A DNA stretch of 64,000 nucleotides, taken from NCBI RefSeq assembly GCF_006345805.1, contig NC_042999.1, positions 71,858,001 to 71,922,000 on the forward strand, written 5' to 3'. Below are positions 12,873 through 26,980 of the stretch, piece after piece. Position 1 is the stretch's first letter. Every line of letters begins with the position of its first letter. The notes under the pieces were generated by a model, which was not told the DNA's origin, searched no databases, and worked only from the letters and a program-made list of their open reading frames with translations. Source of the stretch: Octopus sinensis (taxonomy: Eukaryota). A program made the translations under genes and the position numbers.

Positions 12873-15800
12873 TATCTAGCTCCTGTGTAATGTTGCAAGT
12901 AAGAGTAACTGTAGATGCTAGTGAATGTAATGATTCCCCAAGCACTAGAATGATTAGGCCTGTACTCACCATTTTGTATGATTATAGGTTTCCCTATTGC
13001 ATTTTGGGTGTCCGATAGAAGGAAAAGCTCAATACCTTCCTCTAGGCGGAATGCATGTTTTCTTAATTTCATATATTCTTTTCTTTCTATGGTTGGATGC
13101 ATGAATCTTTCAAGAACTCCATAAGTTTGTATTCAGGCGTTACCCTGATTTCAAATACGTATCATCTGTGGGAAGCAGGCACCCAGGAAGTCTGAACTCT
13201 ATACGCTAGGAAGCCTGCTATAGTGGAAGATGTATGCGAAAGGAAATATGTGCAGAGTATAAGTAGTGAAATCAGAGTTGTATGTTTGTGAAACAAACTT
13301 CTTAACCTAACAGAATTAGCTCCTTTCTTTCGTAACAGGCAATAAGGCTTTAAGGGGAACTGTATGGCAATACTCTGCTTAGTTTAGCGCCACCAGTTCA
13401 TAGTCATTTGGTACTTACTAGTTTACATTTTTCTCTTATTCCTACAGCAATGGACGGATGAGTAAAATCTAGTTATAAGATCATATCAGTAGTTTATGAC
13501 TAGGACGTTCAAGAAATATGTATATGTTCTAGCAACCAAATATATAGGTACTTATTGTCTCGTACAGAGTCGAGTTTCTTACTCTGATATCTAATATAGT
13601 AAGATATCTCATCCTGCAGCCCTATGTACGAGAGAATATGAGTATGTAAGTGATATTGTTTATGTTTTCGTCAGGAAGCAGGCAAGGGCATGCTTCTTAA
13701 ACAGGCCCCTGTGACAAGAGGAAGGAATGTAAAGGGATATCCTCAAATTAGACACTTAACTCGAGTGTTTGTAAGATTTCAAGCGGTGGTTTTAAACTGA
13801 CCAACAGATTAAAATCTCCTACCTAAATAAGCTATGGTGTGATTTGAACTAAGAATGCTAAAAGCCAGAACAAATTCTGCAAGGCATCAGTTCAGATCAT
13901 TACGCAGTCCGCAAATCCACGATTGGCGGTGATAAAGTTGACCTTGCAGGATTTGAAATCGGAGCGCCATATATGTATGTCTATATTCATGAATGTGATT
14001 ATGTGTGTAAATAAACTTTACATCCCACACTGATCTGTGCACTGAATTCTTGAATTTTGATTTGAACCATGCGTATTAAAAGAGGTAACGCGAAATTCAG
14101 AGTAAGCGTCAAAGAAGATAAACTTTATCTAAATATTTTTCGACTCATCCCAATCATATTCTGTAATACAATATCAGTTCACTTCATTGAATACACTGAC
14201 GTGTAACTAGTTTCTATCATATGTATGTATTTGCATCACTGTAAGAAAAGTGTATTTGTGCGTGTATATACACGTCTGATGCTGTACATAAACTGATAAA
14301 AGGTTAAGAACGAATGTAAAAATTAGAAGTGGAATAATGTAAATGCTTACAAATATTGTTTATATATATATATATACATACATACATACACGCACGCACA
14401 TACACACACATAGATATGTATGTATATGCGTATGTATCTGTGTGTGTGTGTACGTATGTGCATACACACACATATATACATGTTCATAGATATATATTTT
14501 TAGGTATACGTACATATATGTACACATATAAAAATACATACATGCATATATGCATGTATGTATGTATGTATGTATGTATGTATGTATGTATGTATGTATG
14601 TAGGTATGTATCTATGTATTCATGTATGTGTATATATATTCCAACATATTCCGTCGTTTGCTTTGCGATTTCAATACAACGTTTCCGTTTTATTTAAATA
14701 TTTTCTTTAGCCATTAAGAAATTGTTTTCATATCTACCTTCTATATCTATTTGTAAATAAATAATACTTTTCTATCTTCGTTTATTTGTCTTTATCTTCT
14801 TTATCACTAGAAACATTCATCTATCGACATATTTATTTATTCCTTTTGCTGATCTTCATATAGATTTTGTTTCTAACTGCGTCCATATATTTAACTATAT
14901 CGTTACCTGCCTCTATTTATCGATATATCGATCTGCCTACATAATTTTTTTCCTTCATATTTCTATAGATATTTTGCACAGTAGTTATATGTTTTTCAAC
15001 TTATATCGCTATCTGTATAGCTATCTATAAAGTAACGTAACTATATATTTCTTTTAGTTATTTACATGTTAATTTTAATTTTTGTTTTACTGGTGTCTCC
15101 TAAGCTGTTTATCTATTTATTATATGTGATATATATATTCTTTTAAATATTTCATTTGAATTGTCTTTTCGCTTAGATTGTGTCAACAGACACTGTTCCT
15201 TACAATATACAGTGTTTCTAACATAAAATAGAATATACAATGTATCTGGTATAATATTTCTTTTGAAATACTTTCACCTATGTAAAGCAATTGTTATATC
15301 CTGTAATATGTAAACTTTGCTCTAAAAATGATCGATCAAGCATCTTTGTGGTAGCTAGAAATAACAGCCTAATATATCTCATATCACTCTATACTGTCTA
15401 ATATGAAGCGTACACTAAGTAAATTGGTTTTAAACATATTCTATCCGAAAAACAAAACGAAAATGATATGGTCACTGCTTAAATACTTTTGGTCACACGA
15501 CTATTTTGCTCGTGGCTGAGAGAGAATTTAACAAAAACATCTACGCTAGCCTAAATGCATATATTTTACTTATCTCTAAGACTGTGCTCTATCGCTTGTG
15601 TTGTTATCCTTAATGCTATGTTGAAACACATATCGGATGTCATTGATTAAACTTATCATCAAAAGCATTCCAATTGTGACACTACGCTGATTTTATTTCA
15701 GTTATAATCTAAACAGTTTGTATATCAGTTGTGTATTCTTTCTTTTGAAAGTAGGGAACCGATTTGTGAGAGATACGGGTGCTAATTTTAGCAGGTCGAT

Positions 15801-16830
15801 TTTCCACCCTGCCAATATATATGGATTTAGCGGAGCGTTCTATGTTGCAAGCAATTTGATCTCAAAATTACTGGACCTCTCACTAGACCGTGAAAAGCGT
15901 AGTCGATGATGCATTTCTTCCTACCATTTCTCATATTTTTTTTAAGTAGAGAAGAAAATTGACGACTGATTTCGATTCAGACATGGAACTACTGCATTTT
16001 ATTTATTTATCTTCATATTCTTTGGAAATATATGGGCATCATACGACGTATATATCCATTTATTGAAGATATGATATATTTGCTGGAATAACTCATGATT
16101 GTGAATTACTCGAACTACTAATTCCTCATTTTTGCATCAAAATTATTTATAAAATGAAATGATTCTATAAAACACTATTGTGAAATTTGGTATAATATTC
16201 AAATAGAATTACTTGTGAATCAATCTCATTTTTGCAATGCCACTTAATGGTTTCTGTGGACTTAGGAAGCTGATTGCTACAATGCCAACTATCAATGACG
16301 AAAGCTTTACTTCTACTGTTGAATCATAAGAAAGCAACATGTTCTGAAATGTATCCCTTGCTTTCTCGACCACAATGATAATGATAGTTAAACTCAAACA
16401 TATTTTCAAATCACCACATTCAACCATGCAAAGATTATATTGGTTTGAAATCATACGAAAAATAACCAAGCCATGTTAAAGTTGTATAGTTATATCTGAT
16501 AATGTACAGCCGCATGATTGAAACCGTATGTTTGGAGAGAAGCTTGTTTCTTTTCTTCTGTAACGCTAAAATTGAAACTATTAATACGATGGTTCTAATC
16601 TCTGTGACTACAAGAGAAAAAGAAACACTAATGCTATAAACGCACGGAAGCAGAATTCAAAGGTTATGTCACGAAACAAGACTTGGGTATAATGATATCA
16701 TTTACCTGGAGACATATCACAATCTGGATACATCGGCATATGTTGAAGAGATACAGACAATGAAAAATAAGTGACTACGGGAAGGGCAAATGTTTGAGAT
16801 GTTTAAAACCATTGCCTACTAGCATGTTTA

Positions 16831-16935
16831 GCAGGCATGGCTGTGTGGTTTCACAGTTATGTGGTTTTCGGCTCAATCCTACTGTGCAATCACTTGGACA
16901 AGTATCATGTACTATAGCTCCACGTCGACTAAATC
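16831..16935 (+). mobile_element. Degenerate SINE head (26981-type family)
   Basis: GGCATGGCTGTGTGGT...GGCTCAATCCTACTG...CACTTGGACAAGT...TACTATAGC resembles 26981-27090. Confidence 0.5.
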
Positions 16936-17684
16936 TCAATGAGTTGTGTAAGCACCGTCAAAGAGACATTTTCTGTCTTCAATAGTAGACACAATCGCAC
17001 CTGGCCCACAGAGTTTATTATTGTAACATTTATTGTAAAATGTATTCTATAATTTCATTCATGCGATTTCAAAATCATTTAAATACTTTGAAGCATTGCA
17101 AGGTGGCTCGAAACGAAACATTTCATAAAATTGATTTTTTTTGTTTTTTTACGTTAAAGTTCTTATTCTTACAGTTTATTATATTTTGTTATTTATTGAG
17201 TTTATTTTACTTCGAAAAATTTTCAAATGTACGCTTGTATTCTAAAAACACTATAGTGACCATATCCTTGCAGACTTGAGAAATTCTATTAAGATTACTG
17301 GTCTTCCAGGAAGACCGCGACATACTCTGAGTTGTTCTCCTTGAAGATAGAAATTAGAATTTCCCTTAAGTAATTAAAATTTTATTGTAAAATAGCATTT
17401 AAAGAAAATTCTTGAAATTCCCTTCCCTTTTCTTTAAAACTCGCTAGCAACTGCCGATACGGTTTTAGATTCTCTATTCGGCGAAGAAGGAAATTTAAAT
17501 TAATAGAAAGTTTTATATTTTTTTATAGTGTACATCTGTGTTAAAAAAATACTGCCCCGTGATTTATTTGTTTAAATTCATACCTTTTATTCACATCATT
17601 TGTTTGCCTTAGCCCTCTCTACATTCCTAAATTTCATATATAAATACATATTTATATATAATTTTAAAGATTCTTGGTAAATCA

Positions 17685-17729
<45 letters not shown>

Positions 17730-18389
17730 ACACACACACACATTTCTCGATTTTCGTCTCTCCCTCTTTTTCTTATCGAACGTCCATTCCATTGCACCTC
17801 TTACATCTGATATTTCCAAAATGTATCAAAATTCAAACAATAGTTAAGGGTTACTTCTCACTCATTTAAGACTTCTTGTCTATACATAAACCTCTTTTTG
17901 GCGTTTCTAGTTTCAATCTCATTTTCTTTCTTTTCATCTATTCTCCTCCGCTTTGCTTATCCATTATCATCGTGCCTATTATACTTTTATATTTTTCTCA
18001 AAATGTGGTGAATCACGTAATTTGCAAGCAATACTGATTTCCTTTCTGTATCGCTAATGTTGTTATGCAAAGTCGAATATTTACCATTTTCTCCTTTAAT
18101 AAGAGAATATAAAATCAGTGTGAAAGAAAGAATTCTGTCTTTTGTAAACTACAAAAATAATGTAGCATCTAACGTCATTCTATTCTTTTGCATTTTGTTA
18201 CGAGTCTTAAGCCAAAAGCATATGTGACGAAAAAAAGGTGACATTTTAATCACCGATTGAAGATATTTAACTTGTATTCCTTCGTCAATGTCTTTCAGAA
18301 AAGAAAGGATTGTTATGTTGCAAAACAAACGTGTAATTTGAATAACTGAAGTCGATAATACAAGAGAGTAATGTAGAATTATGAACACA

Positions 18390-18436
<47 letters not shown>

Positions 18437-18617
18437 AATAGTAGGGAATAAATCCAAATTTACAGGGAAAAAATCAGATTTAGGATTAAATCCAATTTTA
18501 TAGTAAAATATTATATAATATTAATTAGAGACAAAACCACTATTTTGCAAAACAAACAAGGAAAGACTTAATCAATACATAAAATTTTAATAAAAAGTAA
18601 AAAAAGTAAAAAAACCG

Positions 18618-18660
18618 CCACTACAATTGTTTCATGTCTTGAATGACAATCTTCAGGTGG
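18618..18660 (-). ncRNA. Minimal type-I hammerhead ribozyme in the PLE 3' pseudo-LTR
   Basis: Minus strand: CCAC CTGAAGA T-TGTC-ATTCAA-GACA-T GAAAC AATT GTA/GTGG; palindromic AATT loop in stem III. Confidence 0.8.
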
Positions 18661-19495
18661 ATTTCCGATCTAAAATATCAATATTTTAACATATAAGTAT
18701 AAAAAATAATTTTAAAATAATTAAAGTATCGATGAAAAAATATAAATATATAATCTATATATAACCTATATATAATCCATAATAATCAATATATAATCTA
18801 AAATAAACCCTATCAACAATTAAATATAAAACAAAATAAAAATAAACTATATATACACACATACGCATACACATATAACTAAGTATATATAACCATATCT
18901 AAATACATACACTAATTCACACACCTATACATATATCCCTATACATACACATAAAAACGTCTAGGCAACGATAAATAAATAAAATAGCCAAATACTTCAA
19001 CACAATACTTATTCATACTCCCTCACACACACATACAACCCACATTCATAAACAATATACATATACCCGCTCACACATACATATACAAACATACAGAACT
19101 CGATATATACACCAATATATTCACACCCACATCTATACAGATAAATATATTACGCAAACAATCACACACACACACATTCACACATACATAAACACTCAAA
19201 AGAAAAATAAACAATTCTTTGCACGTGGTGATCGAAAGTTTTGTTTAAAAATTATGAATGGAATAATATATAATCAACGTAAATATACAGAATTTACTCC
19301 AAATCATTAATAAACCATCATGATAAATGAAACCCATATATATATATAATGATAAAACTCCCTTTACCATACACAATTATACCTATATAGCAATCTCCAT
19401 ATATACATTCACACACAAATACACATACGTAAAACACACACACACAACATATACGTATACCCCCTCACATATACATATACATACGTACTAAACTC

Positions 19496-21260
19496 GATAT
19501 ATACAACAATATGTTCACACCCACACTCATACAGATAAATAAATTACACAACTAAAATACGCACACACACACACATTCACACATACATAAACACTCAAAA
19601 GAAAAACAACATTACTACACATAATACGATATATAAAATACTTCATAAGTAACCAGAATATCATAAGTAACAAGATTAACATAAGGAGAAAAAATATACA
19701 TACTTTCAAATCAGTCTCAATTTATGAAGTGAAATTAAACTCTAGCCGTTAAAACGTCAAACAAAATTACGTTACCATAGGAACCTAACATATGTATAAA
19801 AAGACTTCGCGCTCTGTAAACGAACGTCATTTAAAATTATGAATGGAATAAATGGAATTAAAAATTCTATGCGCGTGGTAAACGAACATTACTTAAAAAT
19901 TATGAATGGAATAATGTAATAAAATAACAAACATCTTAATAAGACATAAATTACTACAAATTCATTAATAAAACTACCATGATAAACTAAAACTCATAAA
20001 TACATATAATGATAAAACCTCCCTTTACTAAACACTATAACATACCTATATAGCAATCCCCCTAACCTATACATTCACACACAAATACACACATGTAAAC
20101 CACACACCCACGACATATACAAATACCAACCTCACTCACACATACCTATACATACGTATAAACCTCGATATATACACCAAAAATTCACTCCCACACCCAT
20201 ACAGATAAATAAACATATACATCCTTAAAAATAGGTGCCATCTCACGCACATCAATCATGCATGTATACAAGTGCATACACAAGCACACACTTTTACATA
20301 GCACCATGCACTCCCACATCTACACATGCACTTATACACGCGCACACATGCACACACACCCATGCAACATACATATTCACGGACACTCTCCTAGACATCC
20401 AAATATACGTATAAATGGCTACAAGACAATACCCAATAAAAAAAACTACCATGAACAACAAACCAAGCTATAATGCATGGGGACTAAAATACTAAAAATT
20501 CTAAATAAAATAATCATGATAAATGAAATCCATACATACAAATATAAAGATAAAACCCCTTACCAAAACACAATACACACAAATACACACACATATAAAC
20601 ACCCACCCACAAACATAACCATATACACACTCTCACAAACATATACATACGTACAAACCTCGATATATACACCAATATATTCATTCTCACACTCAATAAA
20701 TTATTAAATAAATACATATACAAACATAAACATATATATATATATATATATATAAAATATATATATATATACATTCACACATAACATCACATACACATAT
20801 ATATAAGAAACAGTCTTTCAAAAAAGTAAATAAATATTAATATATTTATATTTATATATGAGTGTGTACACGCAGACGGGTGCAAACACACGCACATTCA
20901 AAACATTCATGTATACAAGTGCATAAATAATCCCACTCAATTACATAGCACTCATACACTCCCACATCTACACTTGCACTTGTACACACGCACACATGCA
21001 TACACACCCATACCTACATATTCACGGACAATCTCCCAAATATCTATAGAAACGTGTATTATAACAGACAATACCCAAATAAAAACTGCCATGTTCAACA
21101 TACCAAATAAAATACAAAGGGATCGTAAACATTCACACATACATACAAAACTCAATATATACACCACTAAATACACCCAATCATCCATAATAATATATCC
21201 TCAAATATACATATAACATATACATAATAAAAATACATAATAAAATAAAATAAATAAATA
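19496..21260 (-). repeat. Degenerate internal repeats of the PLE 3' region
   Basis: Recurrent blocks: CTCGATATATACA..AA near 19098, 19493, 20163 and 20659; CATGATAAA..AAA near 19320, 19978 and 20516; CATGTATACAAGTGCATA near 20261 and 20907. Confidence 0.7.
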
Positions 21261-21481
21261 AGTAAAGAAAATAAAATAAATCTAATACAAATTATTAAAG
21301 TTTTAACGTACCATAAACTGTTATATATTAATATACATTAAAAATGAACTAATTAAAACAAAGAAATATCAATTAAAGACTAACTATAATTAAAGCCTAG
21401 ACTACATAACTAAATATATATAATACTCTAAACTAAATTTAATATTAAACTAAAGTAACCTTTAATAGGGACCTATTATTG

Positions 21482-24056
21482 TTATTTATCATGAAACTTA
21501 TTATATAGGTAAAGTAACCTATGTCTGCATTTTATTTTGCGTTCTTCATCTGTATTAAGTAAATTATCATACTTATAAAATAAAATTTCTTTAAACTCAT
21601 TAGAGCATAAATAACGACAATTCGCTCCTATAGTATATGAATTAGTTTTACAAATTATTTCCCAAATTAAACTATAATTAATATTTTGTGATTTAAGTCT
21701 CCAAATGTACTTACTAAGTCCAGTTGAGCTGATTAAGTTTTTATTTTTAAAAGAATTCATATGTTGTGCGATTCTTAATTTTATTTTTGAGGAAGTAGAC
21801 CCTATATAAACCGCTTTTGGGTAATTATTATTCTTAAAGTTATTATCATGTAATGTAACTATACATTTATACACTACATCGTTAATATCACAATTATTAT
21901 TAAATATACATTTAGATTTATCTCTACAAGTACAATTAATATAAGTCTTATCATTATTATTATTATTATCAAATAATTTCTTTTTATAAAAATTATTCAG
22001 TTTAAATTTATTAAATGAAGAAATAATGTTACCTACATTATTAGTGGTGGAATAACCTACTCCAAAATTATTACTAGAGAAAATGTTTCTATATTTACGA
22101 TTATCTCTAATAAATAGTTCTATAACATCTAAAATCTCTTTGATAATATTCGTTTTTACTTGATCTCCATAAGGAACTATTAACCAAATTTTATTCTTAT
22201 TAACCTTATTATTATTGTCATTATTATAAATATATCTATAATTCTTTATCTTATTAAAAGTATTATCAGAATTATATCAATGTACAGCATTTAAGGAATT
22301 ATTAATATTATTAATTTTATCAATATTATTATTATAATTATTATTAAATTTATTTTTATTTTTATAATTCTTATTTGTATTATTATTATTATTATTTGTA
22401 TTCTTATTTTTATTTTTATCATTTTTATTATTATTTTTATAATATCTATTATTTTTACCACTAATACTAACAAAATTATAATTATTATTATAAGTATCTC
22501 GAAAATTATCATTTAAATCTTTATCACTAATATTATAAAATTTAATATTCCTATTATAACCTGCCCCTCTAAGGGCCTCATTATAATAATTAGCATGTTT
22601 ATTAAAAATCTCTATATCATAAGAGAGTAATGAAATACGTTTACTTATATTATTAATCAACGACTTTTTAATAGAAAATGGGTGATTACTATTAACATTT
22701 ATATATCTAAGGTTCTCATTAAGTTTATGATATGGTTGTGTTTTACCTGTAATTAGATTAAAATAACATCTAAATAATTAACATTATAATTTTCTATTAT
22801 ATAGTAATACTTAAACCATATCTTTTAAAAAGAAACTATATAGTTTTTTCTTATATCCTTCTAGATTCCTATTAGTACAATTCTTTGTAACTAGTAGAAG
22901 ATCGTCTCTATATAAGCCACCCTCTATTTTAAGATTTTCTAATTGGAGTTCAGATAAAAGAAAAATACCTACTAAATCAGTAGCTTGTGCAGAATCTGGT
23001 GCTCCCATAGGTATATTAAAACAATCTCTGGTATCATTCCTAGCCCATAATTTATTTTTATATTTAATGAGCGATTTCCTAGCCATTTTAATTACATTAA
23101 CTTCTTCAAGTGACATACCCACTTTATTCATTGCGAAAATAAGCGCTTTAATAAATCGTTATAAATTTATTCAAATAGATATAGATAATTATTATTCTTC
23201 TATTAATGAAATTGTGTTTAATAAACACAATTTCATTAATAGAAGAATAATAATTATCTATATCTATTTGAATAAATTTATAACGATTTTTATCTTTAAT
23301 ATTATTAAACCATTTCAATGTATTGTTATTACTAGACCATAATTTTAAATAATTAAGTTTATTTAACTTATTGATATATTTATCTAAAATAAATTTACTT
23401 AATTTACCTAGGTCAGATTTACATGGGCAAATTAATCTAACTTTAGGGTCTGAATAAAAATTATCTTTATGGTCTTTAAGAGTAATTTTGGGGTGCAAAG
23501 GTACATAAGGTTCAGTTTTATTATCCAACTCATATTTTAACATTACTAATTTAGAAACCTTATTAATATTATAAAGAATATCATCGGGAACAATTTTATA
23601 TTTTTTAATTATTTCTTTCCCTAATAGTTTATCATATAATTTAACATCTAATTTATATAGATTCCTAGTTTTATCAGATTGTACTATAATACCATCTATA
23701 TTTCTCATATCTTTAATTTTAATTGCTAAGTTCCTTAAATATTCATTATTTCTATTTGGGTATTTATGGAATTCAATATTTTTTACCACCTTCCATATAC
23801 TATCTTCTAGTAATTGTAATTCTTTATTAAATGGAGGTTCCTTTATAGATTTAAATTTAGAGGTAAAATTATCATTCCTACTATCATTATCATTAAATAA
23901 ATAAAAATTATAGTAAAAAGCTTTCCATTTAATTCTAGAAATAAAATCTTTAACATTATTAATAAGTTTCAAAACAAATTCCTTTCTAGAAGGAATAGGA
24001 ATATCTTTCACAGATGAATCCCAAAATAGCGGTTCTATCTTACCTGTAAATTCCAT
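21482..24056 (-). pseudogene. Disrupted PLE ORF: reverse transcriptase, thumb, Asn-rich linker, GIY-YIG endonuclease
   Basis: Motifs in order: KDIPIPSRKEF...RIKWKAF; DIDNYYSSI; MGAPDSAQATDLVG; LYRDD; NSNHPFSIKKSL; CTCRDKSKCIFNNNC; VVYKC...VYIGST; YLCSNE; KIKCRH. It is broken by a 70-nt foldback insertion (23147-23216), small frameshifts near 22770-22830 and an in-frame TGA at 22277-22279. Confidence 0.9.
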
Positions 24057-24297
24057 AATCTACGAAATTGAGGTATTACACTCAATATACAAAATTATCA
24101 ATATTAAAAAATAATAAATATTAGGGAATAAATCCAAATTTACAGGGACACAATCAGATTTAGGATTAAATCCAATTTTATAGTAAAATATTATATAATA
24201 TTAATTAGAGACAAAACCACTATTTTGCAAAACAAACAAGGAAAGACTTAATCAATACATAAAATTTTAATAAAAAGTAAAAAAAGTAAAAAAACCG

Positions 24298-24340
24298 CCA
24301 CTACAATTGTTTCATGTCTTGAATGACAATCTTCAGGTGG
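24298..24340 (-). ncRNA. Minimal type-I hammerhead ribozyme in the PLE 5' pseudo-LTR
   Basis: Same sequence as 18618-18660; about 240 nt upstream of the ORF ATG at 24056. Confidence 0.8.
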
Positions 24341-25730
24341 ATTTCCGATCTAAAATATCAATATTTTAAAATATAAGTATAAAAAATAATTTTAAAATAA
24401 TTAAAGTATCAATGAAAAAAAATAAATATATAATCTATATATAACCTATATATAATCCATAATAATCAATATATAATCTAAAATAAACCCTATCAACAAT
24501 TAAATATAAAACAAAATAAAAATAAACTATATATACACACATACGCATACACATATAACTAAGTATATATAACCATATCTAAATACATACACTAATTCAC
24601 ACACCTATATATATATCCCTATACATACACATAAAAACGTCTAGGCAACGATAAATAAATAAAATAGCCAAATACTTCAACACAATACTTATTCATACTC
24701 CCTCACACACACATACAACCCACATTCATAAACAATATACATATACCCGCTCACACATACATATACAAACATACAGAACTCGATATATACACCAATATAT
24801 TCACACCCACATCTATACAGATAAATAAATTACGCAAACAATCACACACAACAACACATTCACACATACATAAACACTCAAAAGAAAAATAAAAAATTCT
24901 TTGCACGTGGTGATCGAACGCTTTGTTTAAAAATTATGAATGGAATAATATATAATCAACGTAAATATACAGAATTTACTCCAAATCATTAATAAACCAT
25001 CATGATAAATGAAACCCATATATACATATAATGATAAAACTCCCTTTACCATACACAATTATACCTATATAGCAATCTCCATATATACATTCACACACAA
25101 ATACACATACGTAAAACACACACACACAACATATACGTATACCCCCTCACATATACATATACATACGTACTAAACTCAAGACATGAAACAATTGTAGTGG
25201 CGGTTTTTTTACTTTTTATTAAAGTATAGGGTCAAAAAGTGGGTACGTAGCCGCCATGTATATATGTAAAAGTAAAAAAACACAAACTGGGACAAGAACG
25301 TGAAACATTTAGAAGACGACACAAAAAACACGGACGGGACTTTCGAAGCTCTCATATATATATATACGTTTAAATATATAGTGCGTGTGTTTTTATTGGC
25401 TAAACTGGCAAAATTACCATTCCTAAATACAACAATATATATATATATATAAATATATATATATACATATATGTAAATATACATTTACACACAGACACAG
25501 ACACACGCACACACACACATACACACACACACACACATATATATATATATTCATATGTATATATATGAGTATATGAGTGAACCAACGTGTGGATGGCGCG
25601 CACGCACATCTGCAAATGTGTAAAACTCAAACTAACCGCCGTTGGGAAGGAACGCTATGTTGATTGAAATTTTGTTTTGGTGTTATGCCACATATTATAG
25701 ATTGGTGTTATGCAACGTATCATAAGAACA

Positions 25731-25773
<43 letters not shown>

Positions 25774-25774
<1 letters not shown>

Positions 25775-25814
25775 CTAGCATTATGACCCGTCGTTGCCGG
25801 GTCATAGTGCTAGT
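25774..25814. repeat. 17-bp hairpin ending in CTAG on both sides (Helitron-terminus-like)
   Basis: ACTAGCATTATGACCCG-TCGTTGC-CGGGTCATAGTGCTAGT, one mismatch, next to (TA)n. Confidence 0.5.
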
Positions 25815-26980
25815 GCATGTATATATGTGTATATATATGTGTATATATATGTTTACATATTACATGTACATCTATATATATATACATCTACACATAAAAT
25901 ACAAAATACAAAGTCATATCTTGATATCGCTAGTGATAACAATACTCAAAATATATAACAGACTGGAATTGTAAGCCCGTCTCTTGCAATTTCGATCAAT
26001 TGTATCTTGTCCTTCTTCTTGTATAGAAGTGTGGCTACAATCCAGCCTACCTCCACTGCTGGGGAGGGGGACATTTTTGATTTTTATCCGGAACGTCCTA
26101 AGTCCCAGATATAAAGGTAATTATAAAATATTTCCACTTTGCAAGTCCGAGTCGAGTACTACCTTGCACGCTCCGTTGACTCGAACCTTGCTTCTATTGT
26201 GGCAAATTTACCGCCTCTGGTTAGATATCTTTCATAATCGCACCAAGATACTTTTCGAAGGTGCTTTTCTCCAGGTGTTCAAATCTTTTTTCTGTACATT
26301 GTATACTTTATAGACAATAGTCTTTTCTTTAATTTATTTTTTTATTATCCATCTGGACTATTCCATTTCTGCACGCTAATTTTATTTTTAATTTATTCCT
26401 ATTCATGTGAAACTACTTGTTCAAGTCATTGATGCAATTTTATACCAATTGCTATTTTTACGAGCCCGACTCACCCGAAATTCCTGGCCTTTTGCCAAAA
26501 TTTGTAAGCATTGCATACATATATGCCCTCACCTATAAAGCATTATATTACAACCACTCCAATTTTCAATTTTCAATGAAAATAGCTTTTGGTGTTAACG
26601 GAGATAATCTTACCGTTAGCATATGTGTAAGTAGCTAAGCGGAAAATTGTCATCCGTTCGGACGAAACACGTAAAAACGCACATTCACATGTACACAGAC
26701 ATAGTAGTGTTTTGTTACCGAATGTTCGAGAGAAAATTCGTAGAGTTACAGTCCTATGTTCGAGAAACATATGTGAATCCTTTCTGTGATATTACCTCCG
26801 AGGCTAAAATGTAGGACTAGCAGGAACGACAGAATTGGGATATAGCTAAAATGTTAGTAGAATTTACAGAACTTTCTTAATGTTCAGAGAATGTATTGAT
26901 ACATCATATGAAAAAGCAAAGAATAAATATATATCCACAAGTTTTTAAACAACTAAAAAAAAAAAGCAGAAAACAGCAAC

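Larger units (their letters stand above)
18442..25223 (-). mobile_element. Near full-length Penelope-like element (C-terminal GIY-YIG; most like the Hydra clade) with about 1.05-kb direct pseudo-LTRs and a short 5' inversion
   Basis: Direct repeats 18442-19495 and 24122-25177 (offset about 5.68 kb), each carrying an HHR. An RT-EN ORF lies between them. An inverted fragment of the pLTR sits at 25176-25223, and the 3' end abuts (TA)n at about 18395-18432. Confidence 0.9.

Noticed and set aside
22277-22279. Selenoprotein (Naiad-type) interpretation of the PLE
   Set aside because: The EN is C-terminal rather than N-terminal, all conserved Cys are TGT and the lone TGA is in a low-complexity linker; no SECIS was identified by eye.
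23067-23342. Plus-strand ORF sharing RYKFIQIDIDNYYSSINEIVF with the RT
   Set aside because: Artefact of the foldback palindrome, not a second gene.
26640-26680. GTC...GAC GAAAC AC GTA resembling the 3' half of an HHR
   Set aside because: No CUGANGA-like core or stem I upstream.
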